Both the position numbers and the translations under genes were made by a program. A model generated the notes under the pieces. That model worked only from the letters and a program-made list of their open reading frames with translations, made no database searches and was not told the DNA's origin. Positions 9,053 through 17,100 of a DNA stretch of 64,000 bases are shown piece by piece; position 1 is the first letter of the stretch, and each line of letters starts with the position of its first letter. Origin of the DNA: Chamaesiphon sp. (lineage in GTDB: Bacteria; Cyanobacteriota; Cyanobacteriia; Cyanobacteriales; Chamaesiphonaceae); contig CBDFFH010000034.1 of the NCBI GenBank assembly GCA_965246715.1, forward strand, positions 64,001 through 128,000, given 5' to 3'.

Positions 9053-11096
9053 CGAGTTGCGATCGATCTTTCACAAAGATATCTTCAGGAGTATCCTTGA
9101 GTAATACTTCCCGAATCAATCGTGCGGCCATCCGTTGCGTCAAACCACTGGCGATTTTTTGACCGAAGTTCTGGGTTTCGGATTTGAGTAAAATCTGGGG
9201 AATTTTTGGTAAAACGATCGTCGGATCGAAGCCTTTGGTCTGCTGTAAGATGCCCCAAATACGTTGAATGTGTCCTAGACCCTCAGACATTTGCTGGGGT
9301 TGCTGGGCGGTCTGTTTGACCTCTACACCGATCCCTTTTTGAATCGCGTGGGTAACATTTTGCAGCGTATTATAGCCAAAATTGTCTAAACCTCGAACAA
9401 TTTCATCAGCTAGATAATCGCGAATAAACGTACCGCGATCGGACAGAATATATTCTAAACTCTGATCGATGACTTGATTGAGATCGTACTCATCGCTACT
9501 GCGCGCATTTAAGAGGAGATTTTCCAGTCGATTCCAGCGGAAAGAACCATCTTTAAATAAGAGTTCTTTGAGTGAGTTTCGCAGGTCTGGTGCCGGATCG
9601 GTGAGCAACCGTTTGGCAACATAAGGATAAGCTTTACTGAGAACTTTGAAATCGGGATCGACCGAGATCGCAATCCCTTCTAAGGTGACTAGCGATCGCA
9701 CGATCAACGCATAATAAGCTGGCACCTGAAATGGGAATTCATACATCACTCCCGATAACTGGTCGGTAACACTCTTAAAATCTAAGTCAGCAACATTCGT
9801 GCCAGTCGTGCCAAATGATTTGGTAAATACATCAGTAAAAGCCGGAATAATCGGTCTTAAATCGACATCTGGTGTAAGGAATTCTAGCTTGACAAAATCT
9901 TGCGCCAAGCCATCAAAATCACGATTGACTAAATGCACGATCGCTTCGAGCAACCCATAACGTTGATAGGGCTTAACCTGACTCATCATCCCAAAGTCTA
10001 GATAAGCCAATTTCCCATCTGGAGTTGCTAGCAAGTTACCAGGATGCGGATCGGCATGAAAAAATCCATGCTCTAATAATTGACGCAGCGAACATTGCAC
10101 GCCGACTTCGATCAGATAGGTAGCATTGATGCCTTGGGCTTCGATTTCTTCAAGGTTGGTTAGTTTTGTCCCATCGATCCACTCCATCGTCAAGACGCGT
10201 CTGGCAGTATACGGCCAGTAGATCCGTGGCACGTAAATATCCTGCATCCCGCCATATAACTCGGCAAACTTTTCGGAGTTACGACCTTCATTTTCGTAAT
10301 CCATTTCCTCGAAAATCCGATCGGCAAACTCGTCGATAATCGAAACTAAATTACTGCGGATTTGCGTGAAAGTACTCTGCGCCCAAGCACACAGCGTCCG
10401 CATGATGTGGAGGTCTAATGCGATACTATTGGCTAACCCAGGGCGTTGAACTTTAATCGCAACGGTTTCCCCGCTCCACAGCTTACCTTTATATACTTGC
10501 CCCAATGAAGCTGCCGCGATCGGAATCGCACTAATTTGAGCATAAATTTTATCGGGTCGATCGCCTAATTCTTCTTCGATAAATTGATAGGCAATGTCGT
10601 TAGAAAATGCCGGAATTTTATCTTGGAGCTGAGTCAACTCTTCGAGAAACTGGGGCGGTACGAGATCGGGACGGGTAGATAAGGCTTGGCCGATCTTAAT
10701 ATAAGCAGGCCCCAGCTTTGTCAACATCTTGCGCATCTGTACGGCACGTTTGCCCAGATTTTTTTTCGTGCGCTTGGTAATTTTGTCTAGCCACAATCCG
10801 AATGCAAGGCTGATTATCGGAAAGAAAATACCGATAAATCTGGCAAATACCTTCAGTGGCTGAGTGCTGTAATACTCAGCGATCGCGATCGGATCGTATC
10901 CCAGCCAAGTATCATCGGTAACTTCTTTGACTCGTCTTGAAGGCAATACTTCCGCATCACTCACCAGTTCGGCTGGTACTGTTGGAGGATTTTGGCTAGC
11001 GAATGTAGCATCGGCTCGATCCTGCTCTGGTGACACTTTGCGATTCTCCACTGGAGAAGCCGTGCCGCCGAACTGAGTAGAAGGTGTAGTATTCAT
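9030..11096 (-). CDS. AarF/ABC1/UbiB family kinase
   Basis: LGPAYIKIGQALSTRPD, AASLGQVY, VAIKVQRP, FHADPHPGN, YLDFGM; start placed at ATG 11096 (ORF extends to 11135). Confidence 0.9.
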   Translation of the reverse strand: MNTTPSTQFGGTASPVENRKVSPEQDRADATFASQNPPTVPAELVSDAEVLPSRRVKEVTDDTWLGYDPIAIAEYYSTQPLKVFARFIGIFFPIISLAFGLWLDKITKRTKKNLGKRAVQMRKMLTKLGPAYIKIGQALSTRPDLVPPQFLEELTQLQDKIPAFSNDIAYQFIEEELGDRPDKIYAQISAIPIAAASLGQVYKGKLWSGETVAIKVQRPGLANSIALDLHIMRTLCAWAQSTFTQIRSNLVSIIDEFADRIFEEMDYENEGRNSEKFAELYGGMQDIYVPRIYWPYTARRVLTMEWIDGTKLTNLEEIEAQGINATYLIEVGVQCSLRQLLEHGFFHADPHPGNLLATPDGKLAYLDFGMMSQVKPYQRYGLLEAIVHLVNRDFDGLAQDFVKLEFLTPDVDLRPIIPAFTDVFTKSFGTTGTNVADLDFKSVTDQLSGVMYEFPFQVPAYYALIVRSLVTLEGIAISVDPDFKVLSKAYPYVAKRLLTDPAPDLRNSLKELLFKDGSFRWNRLENLLLNARSSDEYDLNQVIDQSLEYILSDRGTFIRDYLADEIVRGLDNFGYNTLQNVTHAIQKGIGVEVKQTAQQPQQMSEGLGHIQRIWGILQQTKGFDPTIVLPKIPQILLKSETQNFGQKIASGLTQRMAARLIREVLLKDTPEDIFVKDRSQLALPTPKK

Positions 11097-11316
11097 TGGG
11101 ATGACAATAATTAGCCCTGTTAAGTATTGTAACAATATTTGTGAGTTTACAGGAGATAATATTCATCTTACTGGTAGTCTCGAAATTTCAATCTGGGTCT
11201 TCCACACCCTTAGAGATCGGAATGCCGTCTCTGCCCAATGGGAGAGGCACTGGCAGTAGCCAAACTCCGATGCTCGCAACCATTACTCGCGAGCGCTCCA
11301 ACCCAGTTAGGCAGTA

Positions 11317-11856
11317 TTATGGTTCGGCTGCTAGGATCGAAATCGCTTGTTCGCACCACCTCAACCACCCGTACTCGAACTCGATCCCATTTTTGAGTGT
11401 TAGATAACGCAGCAACTCGGCGCGATCGAATGTTGCGGGATCTGCAAAGAAATTACGTTCGATCTCTAAATAAGTGTCTAAGGTGGCTTGATGTAGCTGG
11501 CGATGATGTGTGAGTTCTCCCAAAATTATCTGTTTATCTACCAAATGACCTGCAAAGATTTTGACCAGCAGCTCGTCCTTAATGTGACTCATCGTTCCTG
11601 GTTGGGCGATCCATTTGCGTAAATATTCCGCTCCAGCTGGGGTAATCGACAACAGGCGCTTATCGGGACGACCAGATTGGTGGATGATTTCAGCATCAAG
11701 ATAGCCTTGCTCTTCTAATTTGGTCAGTTCGCGATAGATCTGCTGTTGAGTGGCATACCAAAAGAAGCCGACCGAACCTGCGAACTGTTTGGAGAGGTCG
11801 TACCCACTGGAGCAGCCATTACTTAGGGTTGCCAAAATTGCATGAGCTAGAGACAT
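11317..11856 (-). CDS. PadR family transcriptional regulator (with C-terminal Vir_act-like domain)
   Basis: MSLAHAIL..SGYDL..FFW..QQIYREL..RPDKR..ITPAG. Confidence 0.9.
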   Translation of the reverse strand: MSLAHAILATLSNGCSSGYDLSKQFAGSVGFFWYATQQQIYRELTKLEEQGYLDAEIIHQSGRPDKRLLSITPAGAEYLRKWIAQPGTMSHIKDELLVKIFAGHLVDKQIILGELTHHRQLHQATLDTYLEIERNFFADPATFDRAELLRYLTLKNGIEFEYGWLRWCEQAISILAAEP

Positions 11857-11931
11857 AACGATCGATCGGATTCGAGCAGTGGACAGTATTGAGTTGCCGC
11901 TAGATATTTCCAGGCCGATCGATTCGATCGA

Positions 11932-11988
11932 TTGACATACTCAATAAAGTGAGTATATAGTAATTCGTATGCTCAATAAAGTGAGTAT
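11932..11988 (+). promoter_or_regulatory. Sigma70-type promoter overlapped by two palindromic operators (probable PadR sites)
   Basis: TTGACA 11932-11937, TATAGT 11956-11961; ATACTCA-ATAAAG-TGAGTAT at 11937-11956 and ATGCTCA-ATAAAG-TGAGTAT at 11969-11988. Confidence 0.7.
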
Positions 11989-12102
11989 CCACTCAAATGA
12001 GTAATATATTCGGCTGTCACCGAGACAGAGTAAACGCGATAGCGCTAGAGATTACCGCGCTAGTAATCCAAACAATTGCGATCGAAATTTAGGAGTAAAG
12101 TG

Positions 12103-12549
12103 ATGGCACAAATCATGGCTGGAAGGTTTACAGCGAAAACTGACGAACCCTTGGTAGTTTTTCTGATTGGGATGCGGATCAATCGGTTGGTAGCAATCTC
12201 AAAATGGTGGCCTACCTTCTCGGCAATGGGGCCGATGCTCCAGACATTGCACCAGCATCCGGAAAAAGGTTTTTTGGGAGCTGAAACATTTTTGTACCCC
12301 TGGGGAGTTGGCTTGCTCCAATACTGGCAATCGATCGAAGATCTCACGCATTTTGCTCGCAATCCTAGCGATCTTCACCAACAAGCATGGCAAAAATTCA
12401 ATCGATCGATCGGCGCAGATGGTAGCGTCGGAATCTGGCATGAAACTTATCAGATCGCTCCGAGAAATCACGAATCGATCTATGTCAATATGCCTGTCTT
12501 TGGTTTAGCCGCAGCGACACAGCACGTACCAATGTCCGCTCGTCATTAA
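12103..12549 (+). CDS. DUF4188 family (monooxygenase-like) protein
   Basis: VVFLIGMRIN, LQYW, H..AW..FN, VGIWHETY, ESIYVNMP; AGGAG RBS at 12091. Confidence 0.85.
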   Translation: MAQIMAGRFTAKTDEPLVVFLIGMRINRLVAISKWWPTFSAMGPMLQTLHQHPEKGFLGAETFLYPWGVGLLQYWQSIEDLTHFARNPSDLHQQAWQKFNRSIGADGSVGIWHETYQIAPRNHESIYVNMPVFGLAAATQHVPMSARH

Positions 12550-12610
12550 TATTTACTACAAAAATGCGATCGATCCTCTGGTTACAAATCCTTAAATTGA
12601 ATGTTTTCTG

Positions 12611-12648
12611 AGGGCGGAAGCTATTTTTCCGGGTCGGATGGGTAGTAT
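12611..12648 (+). promoter_or_regulatory. Candidate WYL-regulator operator plus -10 box
   Basis: AGGGCGGAAGCTATTTTTCCGGG (CGGAA-N7-TTCCG) identical to 21187-21209; TAGTAT at 12643-12648. Confidence 0.7.
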
Positions 12649-12676
12649 AGACAGGAATACTACAATTGCCTAGCGG

Positions 12677-13663
12677 ATGAATGACCGTCCAATTCAAATA
12701 GAAAGGTTTTTGGAGATCGATCGCTTGCTACGTGGGCGAGAACGACAGACGAATGGGAGTCTGTCAGAACATTTGGAAGTAAGCGATCGAACTATTCGCA
12801 CCGATCTGAAGTGGATGCGAGATCGCTATTGTGCGCCTGTTGAATTTTGCACTCAAAGAGGCTGGCACTATACCGATCCGGATTGGCGATTGCCAACGAT
12901 CCCGTTACATAAGGGGGAGTTATTTGCGCTGACTCTGGGAGCGCGAATGCTGGAGGCTTTTCACGGGACGACTTATGCTTTGGAGTTGAGAGCGGCGATC
13001 TCCAGATTGAGCGAAAGATTGCCGCAACAGAGTTGGGTAGATTTACAACAATTAGCAGACAATCGAATTAGCTTTCGATCGGGCGTACAAATCGATTTAG
13101 ATCCGGCAATTTGGCAGCAATTGGAAGATGCCTGTCGGGAACAGAAATCGGTGCAGATGCGCTACTATTCACCGCAGAATAATGAGACTACCGATCGAGG
13201 ATTCGATCCCTACCTGCTGCATATTTATCGCGGTACGAATCCTTATGTCATCGGTTATTGTCATTTGCGATCGGATATGCGCTGGTTTCGGGTCGATCGA
13301 ATTCGGAGTTTAACGTTACTGCCAGCTAGTTTCACCCGCAATCCGACGTTCGATCCGCAACAGCATTTAGCCAATATTTTTCAATATGAGGTGGGTGGGA
13401 AGCCTCGCGCTGTGGTGATTTGGTTCGATCCAAAAACGGCACCATTTATCCGCGAACGCCGCTGGCATCATACCCAAGAGATTGAAGAGCACTCTGATGG
13501 TGCGCTGACGTTGAAGATGGTGGTACCTGGAACGAATGATGTGAAGCGATGGGTGTTGGGATATGGGGTAGGCGCGATCGTGCGGGAGCCGCCAGAGTTA
13601 GTTGATTTGGTGTGTAGGGAAATCGAAGGGATGATGAGTGGTTATCAAAATTTAACTGTATGA
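12677..13663 (+). CDS. HTH-WYL-WCX transcriptional regulator (CRISPR-associated)
   Basis: HTH LEVSDRTIRTDL; WYL domain DPYLL..YVIGYCHLR..RWFRVDRI; WCX WVLGYG..VREPPEL. Confidence 0.92.
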   Translation: MNDRPIQIERFLEIDRLLRGRERQTNGSLSEHLEVSDRTIRTDLKWMRDRYCAPVEFCTQRGWHYTDPDWRLPTIPLHKGELFALTLGARMLEAFHGTTYALELRAAISRLSERLPQQSWVDLQQLADNRISFRSGVQIDLDPAIWQQLEDACREQKSVQMRYYSPQNNETTDRGFDPYLLHIYRGTNPYVIGYCHLRSDMRWFRVDRIRSLTLLPASFTRNPTFDPQQHLANIFQYEVGGKPRAVVIWFDPKTAPFIRERRWHHTQEIEEHSDGALTLKMVVPGTNDVKRWVLGYGVGAIVREPPELVDLVCREIEGMMSGYQNLTV

Positions 13664-13697
13664 GAGGTGTATTCAGATGAAAGGAGTGTTAGCCTTG

Positions 13698-13805
13698 GTT
13701 TACTCATTGATTGCGCCACAAGGCGTTGAGCAATATATCGCGTATGCTGCTCGACAGTGTATATTCACTGTTTCATCCATTGACCGCCCCGAGGCGATTT
13801 TAAAA
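13698..13805 (+). CRISPR. Degenerate one-spacer mini-array (CRISPR-like regulatory RNA)
   Basis: 36-nt pseudo-repeat GTTTACTCATTGATTGCGCCACAAGGCGTTGAGCAA (13698-13733) keeps the GCC-N4-GGCG stem and TTGAGCA handle of the main repeat; 36-nt spacer 13734-13769; second pseudo-repeat GTTTCATCCATTGACCGCCCCGAGGCG from 13770. Confidence 0.85.
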
Positions 13806-13808
13806 AAT

Positions 13809-13857
13809 AGCAGCGTACGCTATATACATTGCAAATTTTATAGCTTGATGATATTCT
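13809..13857 (+). promoter_or_regulatory. Promoter of the small ORF/cas operon, with mini-array target and PAM
   Basis: -35 TTGCAA 13829-13834, 17-bp spacer, extended -10 TG-A-TATTCT (hexamer 13852-13857); minus-strand protospacer 13809-13826 with 5' ATG. Confidence 0.75.
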
Positions 13858-13893
13858 ACGATTGTCAGCTAATTTTGTGATGGGTAATTTCAT

Positions 13894-14145
13894 ATGGATG
13901 AGGATCTACAGCATATTTATTCTGAAATTTCAAGTATCAGAAAAGGATTTACCTCCTGTCAAGCAGAGCTAAATTCCTCCCAGGCAAGGCTAGACTCCTC
14001 TCGATCTCGATTAGATGAGGTTGAGTTGCAGATGAGAAATATTGAGGTTTCGCTAGATCGGATCGAATGTTTAGAAAGTAGGGCAGATGTGTATTCTGAT
14101 AGCGGAGATTCCCTCGCTGACTGGCTATGTTCATCAAAACAGTAA
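13894..14145 (+). CDS. Hypothetical 83-aa coiled-coil protein, first gene of the cas operon
   Basis: ORF directly after the predicted promoter, heptad pattern (LNSSQARLDSSRSRLDEVELQMRNIEVSLDRI), ends 8 nt before cas6 ATG. Confidence 0.55.
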   Translation: MDEDLQHIYSEISSIRKGFTSCQAELNSSQARLDSSRSRLDEVELQMRNIEVSLDRIECLESRADVYSDSGDSLADWLCSSKQ

Positions 14146-14153
14146 ATGAGACT

Positions 14154-14822
14154 ATGAATTATTTAGAAATTCAATACAAGCTATGTGGCAAAACCTTACC
14201 AGCCGATCATGGATATGCACTATATTCTGCTATCAAAAAACTTGTTCTAGAGAGGCATGATGTCTATAAAAACTTACTTATAGATGGCTCTTTACATACA
14301 GATATATTAATCTCTAGTATTTCAGGCATACCAGATCGCAATAGAACGATATATCTCAATAAATTCTCACGGTTGCGGTTGCGCTGTCCTAGTGATGAAG
14401 TTCAAGTTTGTTATCGACTATTGCAAAATCAAGTACTCGATATTCAGGGGCATTTAATTAGATTAATTCAGCCGCAATTAACCTTGCCAGAAGTGAGTGA
14501 AACTCTGAGATCGAGATTAGTAACTTTTAAGCTGAAAGATTGGGATGAGCGTGAAGCTCCCGCACATTTTCTCACATCTTGTCAACGAGCCTTAGATCGT
14601 TTGGAAATTCAAGCTAAACCCTTTATTGATAGCGATCGATCTGGAGATCTTGCCAAGCGATCGCTATGTATTCATGGCAAACATGTAATGGGTTACGGGG
14701 TAGTAATTGAGGGTTTAAACCCCGATGATTCGATTAAACTGCAATGTCTGGGTTTAGGTGGGCGTAAGCATTTTGGCTGTGGCTGGTTTTATCCCAGCAA
14801 AGAGGTAGCCGATGCCAACTAA
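14154..14822 (+). CDS. cas6: Type I-B (Myxan) Cas6 endoribonuclease
   Basis: LPADHGYALYSAI N-terminus; G-rich loop GLGGRKHFGCGWF; start at ATG 14154 (ORF track 14127). Confidence 0.92.
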   Translation: MNYLEIQYKLCGKTLPADHGYALYSAIKKLVLERHDVYKNLLIDGSLHTDILISSISGIPDRNRTIYLNKFSRLRLRCPSDEVQVCYRLLQNQVLDIQGHLIRLIQPQLTLPEVSETLRSRLVTFKLKDWDEREAPAHFLTSCQRALDRLEIQAKPFIDSDRSGDLAKRSLCIHGKHVMGYGVVIEGLNPDDSIKLQCLGLGGRKHFGCGWFYPSKEVADAN

Positions 14823-17097
14823 ATTACCTCGTCAGTTACAGACAAATATTTTATTAGCAAAATCATTCAATCCTAAAACAGAAACTTGGCAAGGTGCTTA
14901 TACACTGCTCGGACATACAGTAGCAGTTGTAAATGCGGTGACAGCGATCGTGAATCATTTGGACGATCGATTGATTTCTCAATTTGGCTTAAATTGCGAT
15001 CTATCTTACTTATTAGCAACTGTAAGATTGGCTGCATATTTACACGATTGGGGTAAGGCTAATAGTAATTTTCAGCAGGTAGTGAGAAAGCAGCGAAATC
15101 CACTTGTCAATCCTCAAATGATTCGTCATGAGGTCGCTTCTGTTTTACTCGCATGGGAATTTCGAGAATGGTTGAGCCAAGCTGATGGGGATTTTTATAT
15201 CGCATTAGCTGCGGCTGGTGGACATCATCTTAAATTGGGTGGACGCAGCGGTAAAAGAAACGACGAGTTGGGTGAGTTGAGATTGGGAACTGAGGATGAA
15301 GAACTTCACCTATATACCAGTCATTCTAATTTCAAAGCATTATTAAAATATGGAGTCAGATCGGTAGGATTACCCCTAAAAATCAAGCTGACTCGTAAAC
15401 CTGCAAATAGTTGGTCTGTTAGTGAATTAAAACATACTAAACGGGACGAAATTCGGGCAGAGTTCGATCGATGGAAACCCGAGCCAGTTTTACTTGCAGT
15501 CGTCAAATCTTTGTTGGTAGCTGGAGATGCGATCGGCTCGGCATTACCACCACAGAAAATCGATATCAAAGCCTGGATTGAGGGCGAACTCTCGCAAACT
15601 TTGACTGTTGAAAAGTTAGAACGAGTGATTGAATCTCGGCTCAAACCTGGGGAATCATTACGCCCATTTCAAATCGATTTAGGAGCATCGACAGCACGAG
15701 TTACCCTCGCTAGAGCGGGTTGCGGTACGGGTAAAACTGTTGGCGCGTATAACTGGGCAAAACGTCATGCGATCGATCGGAAGCTGATTTTCTGCTATCC
15801 CACTACTGGTACAAGTACCGAAGGCTTTATTGATTACGTTCACAACCAGTTAGATTCAGAATTACTTCACTCTCGCGCCAATGTCGATCTCGAAGAATTT
15901 AAGAAACAAGAAAAGGAAAAAGAATTGACTGAACTTGCGGCTACAGGCGAAGAAGTCGATGCGGGAGATGGTACGGAAAATGAGACGGCTAAAAAACTCG
16001 AATCATTTAAAGCTTGGGGCAAAGAATCGATCGTTTGTACCGTCGATACTGTTTTGGGATTACTCCAGTGTAACCGCCGCCCGATGTATTTTTTCCCCGT
16101 TATCTCACAAGCTGCGTTTGTTTTTGACGAAGTGCATTGCTATGATGATTCGCTGTTTGGTGCATTACTGCGATTTCTGGAAGTCGTCAAAGCACCGATT
16201 TTGCTGATGTCTGCATCGATTCAACCTTGGCAATTAGAGGCGATCGAAACAGCCGTAGGCGAACCCGTAAATATCATCCAGGGAGCGGCAGATTTGGAGC
16301 AGCAGCCCCGTTATCGCTTTGAATATGCCGATGAGCCAAATTGGGAACGAGTGGCTCAGGAGCTAGAAAATGGCGGGAAGGTGCTGTGGGTTTGCAATCA
16401 GGTGAAAACAGCAATTGGGGTGTATTTAGAGGCTAAGGCAAAAAATTTGAATGCGGTACTCTATCACAGTCGCTATCGCTATCAGGATCGAGTCGAACAT
16501 CATCGATCGGTAGTGGATGGATTTAAACAGGATAAGCCCATTCTGGCGATCGCGACGCAAGTAGCCGAGATGTCATTAGACTTATCCGCAACACTGCTTG
16601 TGTCCCAAATTGCCAATCCTGCGGGGCTGATTCAACGCTTGGGACGGTTGAATCGTCGCTACTGTGGACATGCCTTAGATGCGCTATTTTACCCCGATGG
16701 GGTGCCGGGATATCCCTATGATGAACAAACCGATCTCGCAGAAGGGTTGCGGTTAATCCAGTCATTCGAGGGAGAAGTCAATCAAGCACAACTGGCGGAA
16801 TGGTTGGAAAAATCGGATCTTGGCGGTAAACCTAACAAAGATTCGGTGCTACTCGATGGCAAATGGCGCACTTATCCGACATCGTTACGAGATGCGGGAT
16901 ATACAACCACCGTATTACTGGAAGAGGATTTAAAAATGATTAAATCTCAGTCGGCGGGATTAATTCCGCGTTATACAGTTCCGTTAATTGTGAATAAGCA
17001 AAAGCTGGATAAATGGGAACGATATAAATACTATCCGATCGCACCGACTGCGGAATGGATCTATTCACAAGAAATCGGCGCACGGGAGGTGAAATAG
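14812..17097 (+). CDS. cas3: Cas3 HD nuclease-helicase
   Basis: LHDWGK, HE and GHH HD motifs; AGCGTGKT, DEVH, MSAS, YHSR, ATQVAEMSLD, QRLGRLNR. Confidence 0.95.
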   Translation: MPTKLPRQLQTNILLAKSFNPKTETWQGAYTLLGHTVAVVNAVTAIVNHLDDRLISQFGLNCDLSYLLATVRLAAYLHDWGKANSNFQQVVRKQRNPLVNPQMIRHEVASVLLAWEFREWLSQADGDFYIALAAAGGHHLKLGGRSGKRNDELGELRLGTEDEELHLYTSHSNFKALLKYGVRSVGLPLKIKLTRKPANSWSVSELKHTKRDEIRAEFDRWKPEPVLLAVVKSLLVAGDAIGSALPPQKIDIKAWIEGELSQTLTVEKLERVIESRLKPGESLRPFQIDLGASTARVTLARAGCGTGKTVGAYNWAKRHAIDRKLIFCYPTTGTSTEGFIDYVHNQLDSELLHSRANVDLEEFKKQEKEKELTELAATGEEVDAGDGTENETAKKLESFKAWGKESIVCTVDTVLGLLQCNRRPMYFFPVISQAAFVFDEVHCYDDSLFGALLRFLEVVKAPILLMSASIQPWQLEAIETAVGEPVNIIQGAADLEQQPRYRFEYADEPNWERVAQELENGGKVLWVCNQVKTAIGVYLEAKAKNLNAVLYHSRYRYQDRVEHHRSVVDGFKQDKPILAIATQVAEMSLDLSATLLVSQIANPAGLIQRLGRLNRRYCGHALDALFYPDGVPGYPYDEQTDLAEGLRLIQSFEGEVNQAQLAEWLEKSDLGGKPNKDSVLLDGKWRTYPTSLRDAGYTTTVLLEEDLKMIKSQSAGLIPRYTVPLIVNKQKLDKWERYKYYPIAPTAEWIYSQEIGAREVK

Positions 17098-17100
17098 TTA

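Noticed and set aside
12938..12951. 11-nt match (GAGCGCGAATG) between the sequence after the solo repeat (20509-20519) and the WYL coding region
   Set aside because: Position 1 is mismatched, the flank is CTG rather than ATG, and the site is mid-gene; compatible with chance
13677..13880. 67-aa ORF with GAGGTG RBS spanning the mini-array
   Set aside because: It overlaps the pseudo-repeats, spacer and promoter, which explain the sequence better, and has no recognisable protein features. Translation is not excluded.
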